DNA of 64,000 nucleotides from Perna viridis (lineage: Eukaryota). The notes under the pieces were generated by a model. It saw nothing but the letters and a program-made list of their open reading frames with translations. It had not been told where the DNA came from and did no database searches. The stretch is from positions 2,356,001-2,420,000 of the forward strand of contig CM074520.1 in NCBI GenBank assembly GCA_037379345.1. Direction: 5' to 3'. Positions 1 to 12,195 of this stretch are shown one piece after another; positions within the stretch are counted from its first letter, which is position 1; each line of letters begins with the position of its first letter. A program made the translations under genes and the position numbers.

Positions 1-295
1 AATATCTGTAAATGGAATTACTATCAGTCAGTCACTATGGTTGATCAGCTTACAATAAACATTGCATGAAAAAAGAGAGATGTGATTCAGAATTAAAATG
101 TTTCATTTAAACTCTGCTTTACCATCATAATTATTCACTACAAGTATCTTAACTACAGACAGACTGACAGACAGACAGACAACTATAACTATTCCCTGTA
201 TAGGGCCATTTAAGGCCAATGATTTGTACAGCAGGTGCTTTGTTGATTTTTTTGTATTATTAGCCATAAGTGTGGACAGACAGACAGACATTTAC

Positions 296-425
296 CTGTT
301 ATCTAAATCATGACCATTTAGACAATGATTTGGTACTGTATTTGATGATCGTGTTTGGGGACTGGGTTTGTCCTGATTACAGGATCCTGAGCGGGGCACT
401 GTTCTGGGAAAACGTGGTTGTCCAT
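296..425 (-). CDS. Ten-m: Teneurin exon 4 (DGQPRFPRTVPRSGSCNQDKPSPQTRSSNTVPNHCLNGHDLDN); gene continues beyond the window's left edge
   Basis: tctctttttAG acceptor and AG|GTAAAT donor; 130 nt; open in the frame set by the phase-1 junction with exon 3. Confidence 0.8.
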
Positions 426-825
426 CTAAAAAGAGACACAGTGATTAAAGATTTGTGAAGAACACAAAAAATGAAAGTTGTGTTTGAAAGAATAATTTAA
501 TGAGGTAATTTTTAATGATGGAAATATATACAAGTACAGACAATACACAATGTATCACTGTACATTCAAATTAATCAGCAGAAGCAAGCATTTTGAAAGT
601 GGATTTTATTTTTACTTTCCAGTGTCTGGTCAACTTTTATGTATCAGAAATAGTTTTTATTCATTCTATTCCCTGTCATTTTTCAAAGTTTCACATTGAT
701 CTGTTTACCCAATTAAGATTTTCGACTTTTGTTATGAATGTATTATGTCAAACAGAGAGTAGAGGTATGCATAACAAAAACATGACATAACAAGAAATAA
801 ATGTTTTCACTTAGTGGTACTTTAC

Positions 826-1137
826 CTGGGATATAAACATTTCCTGAGGCAGTTTGCTCTAAATAATGAGGTTCAAAATCACTTATCTCCCCTTCTGAGT
901 ATGGACATTGCCGTGCCCGTGAGGAAGTATCCATGTCTGAGTAATGGCCCCTATGATAATGAGCGCTATATGAATCACCATACTGTCTGTGACACACACA
1001 AGTCTCTGCATCAGAATATGTCCCTCGATTAGAATTATGTCCGAGTGATCGCTGTTTCTGTAAGGGGGCCCGTCCTGGAATGTCTTCTATCGGGGGTGGT
1101 GGAGGAGGGGGAAGATATGGGAACGCAGGCGCTGTAG
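826..1137 (-). CDS. Ten-m: Teneurin intracellular-domain exon 3 (TAPAFPYLPPPPPPPIEDIPGR...SDFEPHYLEQTASGNVYIP)
   Basis: tctatttttAG acceptor and G|GTAAAG donor; 312 nt, phase 1-1, raised GC and CpG. The poly-Pro tract and FEPxxLxxTxSGNVYIP motif match arthropod Ten-m intracellular domains as I recall them (not database-checked). Confidence 0.85.
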
Positions 1138-1799
1138 CTAAAAATAGAAGAAAAGAACAAAATGCAAGATTTTAAAATTCGTTCAAATTTCTAGATTGCT
1201 TTGCTGTATTATGCTTTCTTTTCTAGTACAAATATTTGGTCTTTTAGAAACAATATATCTTCTTATTTGACAAGAATTACCTTCAAGATTCTTACTTTTA
1301 TTCTTTTAAACTTCTGTTATTCTTTGAAAAAGTCCTTCTTGAAAAAAATCACAACCTCTCATATAAATACATTTGTACTTTCTTTTCCACCTTCAGTTAT
1401 TTTTTTTTAAATTCCTTTCACAGTTCTTACAAAATTATAAAACACCAATTTTAAAGTCAGTGACAATATTTTTGGTTACAATAACAAATCACAGTAACTT
1501 GATATCTGCCAAAAAATATTCATGTGAAGAAAATGACACTTTAAATTATGGATAATTAACATAGTGAAGTTTTACTTTGTGACCTTGTTCACTGTGCAGA
1601 AAAATTCTGTGTATTATATAATAAATATTTTCTGCCTTGAACTGGGGTAATAATAATTGTTTTAAAACCTCCTTTCCTATAGAGGTATATTTGGTGTCAT
1701 TGCAATTTAAAATGAACATTTCTACCTGTTTTTTTTTTCTTTACAATTAATTTCAAAATTTGTGTAAAATATACATTATTAAGTCATGACTCCATCAAG

Positions 1800-2480
1800 T
1801 TTTGCCTACCTCCTCTGGAAGGACATTTTGCCTACCCCCTCTGGAAGGAGATTTGGCCTACCCCCTATGGAAGAAGATTTTGCCTACCCCCTCTGGAAGG
1901 AGATTTGGCCTACCCCCTATGGAAGAAGATTTTGCCTACCCCCTATGGAAGGAGATTTTGCCTACCCCCTCTGGAAGGAGATTTCGCCTACTCCCTCTGG
2001 AAGGAGTTTTCGCCTACCCCCTCTGGAAGGAGATTTTGCCTACCCCCTCTGGAAGGAGGTTTTGCCTACCCCTCTGGAAGGAGATTTTGCCTACCCCCTC
2101 TGGAAGGAGATTTTGCCTACCCCCTCTGGAAGGAGGTTTCGCCTACCCCCTCTGGAAGGAGATTTCGCCTACCCCCTCTGGAAGGAGATTTCGCCTACCT
2201 CCTCTGGAAGGAGATTTCGTCTACCCCCTCTGGAAGGAGATTTCGCCTACTCCCTCTGGAAGGAGTTTTCGCCTACCCCCTCTGGAAGGAGATTTCGCCT
2301 ACCCCCTCTGGAAGGAGGTTTCGCCTACCCCCTCTGGAAGGAGATTTTGCCTACCCCTCTGGAAGGAGATTTTGCCTACCCCCTCTGGAAGGAGATTTTG
2401 CCTACCCCCTCTGGAAGGAGGTTTTGCCTACCCCCTCTGGAAGGAGATTTTGCCTACCCCCTCTGGAAGGAGATTTTCCC
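1800..2480. repeat. Minisatellite, 26-bp unit (GAGATTTTGCCTACCCCCTCTGGAAG), about 26 copies
   Basis: Direct reading. It explains the three overlapping ORFs with a 26-aa period. Confidence 0.97.
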
Positions 2481-5073
2481 TAATGTAGCTACTCACTTCC
2501 TAAGATTGAAAATCTTGTCACACAACGTCAAAAGAAGACACTTATAACTTCAGTTTTTATCATATTTTGTGCAACTTTTCCCATTTAATAGTACAAAAAT
2601 AAAAACAACAAATTTCTATACCATTTAATTTTTCCAGTTTCTATGGTAACTATGAACACATAAAACATTTATCGTAAAATTCTTATGCTACTGCTCAGTT
2701 CAAACATTTTTCTAATAGAAACTTTTGAAAGTACATGATCTTAAGTTGCGTAACATGCACCAAATTAACTCTTTTATATTTCACATTTTTTTTTTTATAA
2801 TATTCGACATACATCATGTAATAGAAGCATTAATTTTCCCAATAAATTAACTGCCAGATTTCTCCATAGTTTAAGTATGTACTACATAATCTTATAATAC
2901 ATTAAGTTCTGTCACGAACATTATCTTACAATTTTAAGTATCTCTTCAATCTGAATCATAAAGAAAAGCCATTTTTAACAAATTGGCATTTTTATAAATG
3001 TCAGATAAAGGGCAATAACTCGTCATAAGGTATGAGTTCTCAACATGCAATCACAATATTTACTTATGTCAATAAATTTTCAAATTGAAAAACTACGGTT
3101 TTGTTTAGTGGTAAAAGGATTATAGTATTCAAAATCTTTCAAAAGATGATATTAAGTAGATTGACAGTTTCAATTCAAAGTTTTAAAGAAATACATGTGA
3201 GAAAAGTATCCATCCACAGAAACATAGTGGTTCACTCTGCCTAACTGCAATCGTTGTGAGTTGCCAAGTTACAACTTAGCAAATTCAGTGAAAATGCAAA
3301 GATCATTCAGAAAAATGAACCATGTTATTGATCCTTCATTTTTACAATCTGACACCAATACATTATGATATTTTTCATTTACTGGAACCTTGCTAATCAA
3401 GGGAAATAACCCCCTCTGACCTCTGATTCATGTAGTAGAAAGTTTAATCTGTTACATTAATATTTATTAACATAACTGTCTGATAAAAAGAAAGATTTTC
3501 CAGATAATTTAAACTTAAATCTTTCTCTTATTCACCACCTTGACAGATAAGGACATGTAATATAGATAATAATAATCTATTTAATTTTATACTTGGATGA
3601 TCACCATCAGATTTGAGAAAATGTTTAATGATTTCTTACTGAGATTTCAAATGTAGCATGATTTCCAAATTATCTGTGAGATTTATGTTCACAGATTTGG
3701 CACAAGTCTGTCTCTTGGTTTTATTATGGTGATAAGACAGGGTTTTAAGTTTTAAACAATGGTTGAACAGATATGACTAGTGTTTAATATTACTTGTCGT
3801 TGTTTTCCTTGGCTGAATCATTATATGATTTTGGTCTTAACTCAGGGTGGAATATTGACATTCACCTTACACTGCTAAATTTTTCAATTAGTAAATCAGC
3901 AGAATTTTCATCATAAAGTAACTTATAGCTCTAAGATTACGATTTACATAAATTTCACATTAAATAAGGATAAAGGTCAAGTTCAAAAGTGCAGGTCAAA
4001 GGTAAAGTAAATGAAGCCATAAAAATGCAACTGGAAGGTAATATTTAAGAAAGAACTGACGCTACAGTATGCACCCGTCCATGCTAGATTCGTAAGAGTA
4101 GTTAAGGATGTTAAAACCCCCTTAGTACTACAGTATACACAAAGCAGTAGGTATGAGTAAAGGGCAAAGGTCAACTATATGAAGACTTTAGTAACCACAT
4201 AGAATTGAGAGAAAATGCAAGGAAGGTGAATCACTTAAAAGCAAGAAAACTACAAATTAAGATAACAATGTAAAATAGAGAGACTGATAACTTTGAAATT
4301 TGAGTAGACTGGTAAACATGGAATAATAGACCAATGTGACCAAAACAGTTAACGTATAACCATAGTAACTAACAGATAACTAGGATATATCATAGTTTGA
4401 CAGAAAACAGGTAAAATGATTGAAGGAATGAAACCCAAGATGTCGCAATATTTACAACATTATTGTGAAAAACGCAATGAAAAAAAAAATCCTGATTTGT
4501 AGAATAATGTTACTTGTGAATCTCTGAAATTGATACTACAAAATTGTCAGAAAAGATGACAATCATTTCATTCAAGGTAAACTTGTAACCATACAAAGCA
4601 ATGGGAGTTCAAAAATGTGTAGTTATCAGATTCATACCTTTCAGATTAGAAGAAGGTATACTTTGGAATTCGAGTAGATCAGGGGTTAAACTATAGGATC
4701 CATATAAACTCATTAATCTTATCAGCATGACATCATCTTATTAGAGGATATGTAACTGATCTACCAAGCTTAGATTTACAAGATAAACTTTAGTAAAAAC
4801 TGTTCTGTTTTTATCTTATCTTCAATACATTTTGATACCTTCATTTTGCTGTTAAGTTGTAACCCATCTATCATAACCTCCCTTTCAGCTTCATAATACA
4901 GGTGATCAAAAATGACTGCATAACATAAATATTTATTCTGATACATGATTTTCTTGTCAAAATCTTGAAGTCTAATGATGATCAAAGGACTGAGAATGAC
5001 ACTTCAAAAAGATGTTGATACAAATTTATGTCCTAAGGTGTTACATATGATTTTATAAGGGTGCATAAAAATT

Positions 5074-5145
5074 ACATTGAAGAATTTATACTGCTATTAT
5101 GGGAGGATGACATTGAAGAATTTATACTGCTATTATGGGAGGATG
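5074..5145. repeat. Tandem duplication of 36 bp (ACATTGAAGAATTTATACTGCTATTATGGGAGGATG x2)
   Basis: Two adjacent identical copies. Confidence 0.9.
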
Positions 5146-7764
5146 GGAAGTCTTGAATGTCATTATACATTCTTACATGATCATTTACAGGCAGGTAGAC
5201 ATCAATCAGAGAGATAGGAGGTAAGGAAAGATAACTCTGTCAACTGGAGTTATTTTTGAGTAATTTGGATGATTACAAATGCCTGCCCCATTTCTTACTC
5301 TTTTTTGTATCTATCTGTAAATAAATTGCTGTACACTTATTAAATTCAAATTACCATAGAAAATTGATGGAATGAACAGGAGTATATGTACCAATTATCA
5401 GAGTTTGTTAAAATTTAATTAGTTTGTGGATTTTTGAAGGCATCTTTGTAAGCAATGGACTATTTAAGTTTTATTTACAATTTGAAAACTCATGGTTTGA
5501 AAGCCAAGAAAATTTGTACACCATGTACACTTATTCATCCACAGTACAGGTAGTTTGTTTCCAGTACATTTTATTCTAAAAATAAATTCCTCCTAAACAT
5601 GTTTTTACTGTCCATTTAAAATGACTGTTATATTTTTTGTTTTGTTTTTTAAAGATCATGTGGTGAACAGGTTAGCAGTTTATTTTCAAGTGAACACCAA
5701 GTGACTGGGGTTACTTCAAATCGTCTGAAAAAAATAAAACAGTCATTTCTTGTTATTTAATTTAAGTACCAAATTTAATGAGAAGATCATCAAAAAAAGC
5801 ACCATCACATTACAAATTTGGTCCATGAGATGGACAAATTTTTCTAACCAATCAGAAAGCTTGTTACTTCTGAAATTATACTATTTCTAAATAAAATGTA
5901 CCAATAAAATCAATTGATTAGAAATTATATCACAAAAAAGCTAATTTTTCTATAAATGCATATTACTAATTTCCACCTATGAATGTTTTTTTTTAATACA
6001 AGATCCTATAAATCATGCCAATCATGTTCATAAATTATAATAGCTGTGTCATACTTTTTCAGGAACTACAACTCCCATATTTTAGCTATATTGTAGAAAA
6101 ATTAAGATGATGTCATTTTTAAAGATTCTTTTTTAGAGTAGGACAAATCAGAAAGAGTTGAAAATGGCCTTTTCCAATATAATTTCAGTACCAACTTTTG
6201 AAAGAAAAGTGATTAGCATTTTATTTAAAAGGTTGCTTTATATGATAAGGTTATAAGACATATTGTTTTCTATACCGAACTTAAATCATCATACTGTCTC
6301 CTATCAAACCTTGACCAATTTATTATGGAAATTCCCAGAAAATCTTTTCATCAAATCAGCAAAAAATCTTATTCAATAAAAATTTAACTTCCCTTTTTTC
6401 CACTTTCTTAGAAATAAAGTATAATTTCAAAGCCAACTAATGTCACCCATATCATAAAATATTCTACTTTTTCCAGACATCCTGGCGACTAATTCATTCC
6501 AAAATGCATATTATTAATACTTAGACCCAAATGAAGCAAAAAACTTATTGACATTCTCTATCACAAGGATAGCTATGATTTTTTAACGATCTAGATCTTG
6601 GACTTCTAGAAGCACTCTAATCTGCCGGAGATATGAAGTTTTAATGGAATCCCATCATGCAATACTAGAATATTTCCCACTTTTGACTACCTTTCAAATG
6701 ACATTCCACATGAAACTTGACATTTTACATTCTATTATCAAAATCTATGATTAACTCCAATGATGATCTTCAATGATTACTAGCCAAATTATCTTCAGGG
6801 GAAAATAAGTCTCAATGATTCTCCATCATATTTACATAGCGCCACCATGAATCATTTTTCCCCCAAACCTAATATTAGTTGTCACCATCTTTTACAAATA
6901 ATTCAATACCAGTTAACATCAGAAGTGTAAACCCATTTTTACCAGAATAATATCCCATTAATAACAACACCCTCTCTTTAATAAAAACACGCTATTTTGA
7001 AAGTTAATCATTTTCATACTTGTAATCTAAGTAGAATACATTCAATCGTCCATTAGGGTCCACTTGAATGTGTCTCCGATAACGCCATTTACACGATGTG
7101 ACTATTAATTCAGCCCACATTTAAGTCTAGCACCATATTTCTTTATTTATTACCGGTAAACTAGTAGAAACATCCTCTGCAATGGGGGCACTTTAGGACA
7201 AGTTGTTCTCTCAGTCTCAGACTAAGTTACCCCTAATTAAAGAATGACATTAAGTGTTTTATGTAATGGTTTATAGGACATTTCTAATGTTTTTGCACTT
7301 GGTTTTGAACATGGACTGAACTATTAAAACATTTTCATGTAATCAGTATATAAATGGTAAGCACTTGAACCTACTCCAGACTCTGTTAAAACAGTAGGTA
7401 AACAATCTGACTTATTTTGTTGGAGCAGATTTTATTTATGATGTCATTATTATTGCCAGTTATCTTGCAAAATGTATTTAATTTTAGCTATATTTGCACT
7501 TAACATTTTACAGCCAAAATTCATTAATGTATTTTACTGTCCATTCAAATACAGTACATATGAAAGTCAATAAAAATTATTAAGATTTAACAGTCTATGA
7601 TGTCTATTGTTTCAATCATACATGTCATATTTGTCTTTGCCTCTTGTGGATCCTTAATCAGTAATATAGATTTTGATTTGATTATTTCGAAACGAAACGT
7701 AAATTGAGATAAAAGGCAAACATAAAGATAACCCAGTATTCAAGTCATGTTGGCATCATGACAC

Positions 7765-8386
7765 AACCATCCATGAGAGTCTGACTAATGCCCAATCCCC
7801 TAACCACTCATTCCCACCCAAAAATTAACCATCCATGAGTTCTGACTAATGCCCAATCCTCCTAACCACTCATTCCCACACAAAAATTAACCATCCATGA
7901 GTTCTGACTAATGCCCAATCCCCCTAACCACTCATTTCCACACAAAAATTAACCATCCATGAGTTCTGACTAATGCCCAATCCTCCTAACCACTCATTCC
8001 CACACAAAAATTAACCATCCATGAGTTCTGACTAATGCCCAATCCTCCTAACCACTCATTCCCACACAAAAATTAACCATTCATGAGTTCTGACTAATGC
8101 CCAATCCCCCTAACTACTCATTCCCACCCAAAAATTAACCATCCATGAGTTCTGACTAATGCCCAATCCCCCTAACCACTCATTCCCACCCAAAAATTAA
8201 CCATCCATGAGTTCTGACTAATGCCCAATCTCCCTAACCACTCATTCCCACCCAAAAATTAACCATCCATGAGTTCTGACTAATGCCCAATCCCCCTAAT
8301 CACTCATTCCCACCCAAAAATTAACCATCCATGAGTTCTGACTAATGCCGAATCCCCCTAATCACTCATTCCGACCCAAAAATTAA
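7765..8386. repeat. Minisatellite, 62-bp unit, 10 copies
   Basis: Unit AACCATCCATGAGTTCTGACTAATGCCCAATCCCCCTAACCACTCATTCCCACCCAAAAATT repeated head to tail. Confidence 0.97.
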
Positions 8387-9036
8387 ATAGCTTTCAATCA
8401 TTACTTTTAAAAACATCCACTATTCATATGTTGAACACAATAATAAGTGCTGTCTTCAAAGAAACCTTTCTAATAAAAGAAAAAAAGTTGACTGACTTAA
8501 ACTTCATCTGAAAGAGGAAAACAATACCTATATACCCTCTGACCTCCTCAGCCCTAGGAGATCACCTGATGAATCATAACCAATCAATATACTAGAGACA
8601 TTACCTAAAGTGCTATCTTATCAAATTACCCATAATCCATCAAAATTTTGTCGTCTGCAGTTTGAGCAGCCATGTTTGTTCAGCCATTATATCAACGTTT
8701 TGATGGATGGTGTGATCTTATTGGGACAATTTTCTTCATTATTACGGAAATTTTTTCCAGGCCTTTGATTCCAATAATTGCTCAATCTTCTATGCAAACT
8801 TATCCTTGATCCATTCGGAGCTATTAACTTTTGTCATTATTTACAGATAAACAGAATCTATTTGTCCCCAATCTATCTATTTCTGTCATGTTTTCATGAC
8901 TCAGAATGTTTAAAGAGGCAGATAAGAAGTATGTCATGGAAAACTCACCAAAATAAACTACCTGAAAAATCATTATATTAAACTAGGAAGTTTTCACAAA
9001 GGGAGACAATGTCTAGTTTAAGGGCAGTTAATTTAC

Positions 9037-9396
9037 CTGCATGATGTAAACCTGGATGTGCCATTGGATGAGCGACACATGGTTGATGGTGGTGATGTTG
9101 GTATACAAGAGAATGTCGATGCGGCATATTTTCATGCTCAGAATCACTAATTGATAACCTTGACACATGTATATTTCCATTTTGACGTGAAGAATGTTCA
9201 TTGTCAAGGTCATTTGAAGAAACAGAGCACTGTGACCCCTGGTGATTAACATTTAAAGAGGCATGTTTAGTTGACCTTTCTTGATCTGAGTCAAGGTCAT
9301 CCTCAGAACCACTCTTGTAATGATACAACTGTGGGTCAAGTTTGTTGCCATGGTTACCCTTTTTGTCCACCGCTGATATAACATCAGGTGTGAGCC
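9037..9396 (-). CDS. Ten-m: Teneurin intracellular-domain exon 2 (GLTPDVISAVDKK...SGSEDDLDSDQE...HHHHQPCVAHPMAHPGLHHA)
   Basis: Polypyrimidine tract plus ctaatAG acceptor and G|GTAAAT donor. The 360-nt phase 1-1 exon is open throughout and lies inside the 8978..9514 ORF. Confidence 0.85.
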
Positions 9397-11322
9397 CTAT
9401 TAGCAAAACAAAAGCAAAACTAAAAATACAGGAATTAGAAAGCAACAACAAATAAATAAGTGGGGACTGTCTCAAAAACTGTCCATGCAATTCTATAAAT
9501 AGGAAACAAATCACACTGACTCTACAAATAAGAATTAGTTTTTACACAAATAAGTTACTGTTTTTACAATAGAGTTTTGAGACAATCCCTTTCAGTGACA
9601 AAATAACAATTTCAGCAAGACATTTCAACTTCTTGAAATGCCTTTGTTATATCAAACACATAAAATTCACATTACATTTCCTCATGATAGATATCCTTTG
9701 ATTGAATATTTAAAAAATTCTCCTTTACTGATTTTTTGCATCCATTTCTGTGGGAATAGTCATGTGCCTAATGTCATATGAGATGAAAAGATGAAATGAA
9801 CATTGAAGGAATGATGATGCGATGATGAAAAATGAATATCAAAATGCCACAATAATTGGATATGTCTCAAAAACATTTACAACAAAAGCCGAGGTAACAA
9901 AACAAAGATAGCCATGCTTAAATAATAAAATATTGGTATAGGATCCATGCAGATATCATAAATATTGTAAACTGAAAAATTTAATGGCAGTTTTAATTTT
10001 CATGGTAACATCTTTTTTAAAACATGAAAATTAAACTGATATAATTAACTTTTTATGGTAATATGACTTGAGGTTTGATCTCCAATATAAGGCTGCCTGA
10101 CAGTGGCAGGAACTACAAATAAAAAAACACGGTGCGTACAATGTGCAGGTTACAGTATACATAACAAAAACATGTTCACAACATCTGAGGAAAATTAATC
10201 AAGCTCCTATCAGGTTAATGTGAGTTTTCATATTAACTTCACATGAAATCACCTAAATCTTGTAAATTTTCATGTATAGCTTGAATCACATTCAATTTTT
10301 TCAGTGTAAAATTTTGTGTAAGCATGTACAATGTCCTCCAAAGTTCTCCTTTCAGGACGTCACTTTTCTAAAAATGTGAATTTTCTTCATCACTTTGGTT
10401 TTTTAAATTCACTTTTTTGACTGTTTAAGGGGGAAAGAATTTTCGAATGCAAAACTAAAAACATATTTTTGTCACCATTGGACATACAGAACACTACTAA
10501 TTACAGGTACATTAAGTATCTGTAACGACTTCAATTATCAATGTTCATAAAAACTGTTTAGATCTTCATCTAAAGATATTTTCTGTTCTGCTCCATTACA
10601 ATCAACTAATTGAAGCAGCATGAAAAAGAGTAAAAGACATTAAAACTTAAAATTTGCAATTTTCAATTTCTGTGATAAAACTGATCCATTTGCATACAAC
10701 AATGTACAACTCTTTCTACAATGTATAAAACTAATCAAGATAGTATAAATTAGTTTTACAGGTCTGCAAACAAAATAAAATGAAAATGAAATGTTTGAAA
10801 TGGAACTAATAAAGAAGCCATCACAGGGTAAATACAATGTCATGCAAGGAAATTAATTGACACTGATAGCATTGAGATGTATGATTCACTGATCTCCCCT
10901 GGGATACACAAAGTTATCTCCCTTTAATATGGAATTAATCAATTTGTTTTCATATTATTTTCAGCAACATGCACAAGCTTTAAGCCACATATATGCCAGT
11001 TGGTAAGGCTTATGAGTGAGGTATAACATGTCATAACATCTTTTCATGGAGATTTAGTCTAAAAATAGATTAGATTATGATGAACTGCATTTAATACTGC
11101 TGTCAGCACACCATCTTACATTTTTCTCAAGTTCATACCACAATTTTGTTTTATTCTATTTTCCTACGGAGAAACAATCAAGTTAAATGATATGATTCCT
11201 GGACACATTCATAAAGAAGGAATTAGAAAATGAAAGTGTAACACCAAACTAACAGATAAATACGACAACTTATAACATCTAGCCACAATAATAAAACTTA
11301 ATGAAACTATACATATATCCAA

Positions 11323-11806
11323 CAGGGGCAGATCCAGGATTTTAAATTAGGGGGGTGCATAGTTAAAATTTTTGAGGTCAAATTTTTGAAATATTCTTCT
11401 AGAGTGGGTGCAATGTAGATATCTTTTGCGGTTAAACTAGATATCATTGAGATGGGAGCCATCTCTGTTGGCCCCACTGTCAATAACATGTTTTTGACCT
11501 TGACCTTTGACCTAGGAAGTTGTACATACATTATGACACACCCTCTGGTGTTGGTTAATACACATGTTAAGTATAAAGTATGAAATCATAACGGTTCTCT
11601 AGATATAAAGCAGACAAAAATTTTTTACAGATGGACAGACGGATGGACAGACTGATCACTATAGGGCGACCCGCCTAAGGCGAGGCTGTAATTAGTGAGA
11701 AATTAAAGTTTCAAACTAAAACCGCCTAAATCTACCCCTGACAACCCATGCTTTGGAAAGTTTAGGAGGTGCATGCCCGCCACGCCCCTGCCTGAATCTG
11801 CCCCTG
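11323..11806. mobile_element. MITE with 16-bp TIRs and 5-bp target-site duplication TCCAA
   Basis: Left end CAGGGGCAGATCCAGG and right end CCTGAATCTGCCCCTG (1 mismatch). TCCAA lies at 11318-11322 and 11807-11811. Confidence 0.8.
11434..11694 (+). mobile_element. Non-autonomous Helentron/HINE (pearl/CvA-like) element nested in the MITE
   Basis: AAACTAG start, TGACCTTGACCTTTGACCT core motif, GACA/GACG microsatellite and short 3' hairpin (CGCC-TAA-GGCG). This layout is known from bivalve HINEs. Confidence 0.6.
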
Positions 11807-12015
11807 TCCAAATAAAGTTTTGAGTTTTGTCATAGGTTGAAGGTGTAACTTTAACAATGTTAAGACACTGTTTAATTTCTCCTACAGACACAAAACTGAG
11901 AGCCTTTGTGCTTTTATTCATAAAGAGATTTGACTTCAAACAGGATTAAAATGGTATATTAAGCAACATTAAAATTACCATAACTGATATTTATAAGTCT
12001 ACCCCCCCCCCCCAC

Positions 12016-12195
12016 TAGGCTTGCTACAAGTCTCTCTGTAATATATATTTTATTTGATTAAATATCATTACCATCAAGTATTCATTCACTATCAAGCTGT
12101 TGTACAGATATAGCAGTTGGATAGTGAATGAATATTTGATTGTAATGATATTTAATCAAATAAAATATATATTACATAGACTTGTAGCAAGTCTA
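12016..12195. mobile_element. Fold-back (palindromic) MITE-like element, 180 bp
   Basis: Arms of about 80 bp are reverse complements; a 57-bp core differs at only 2 positions; TA at both ends. Confidence 0.8.

Noticed and set aside
1786-2547. Three overlapping ORFs of 192-253 aa
   Set aside because: Read-through of a stop-free 26-bp repeat in all three frames, antisense within an intron.
3983-4174. CpG-containing segment as an alternative teneurin exon
   Set aside because: I found no acceptor and donor pair giving an open phase 1-1 exon.
7765-8386. Interstitial telomeric repeat
   Set aside because: At most one CCCTAA per 62-bp unit, not tandem TTAGGG.
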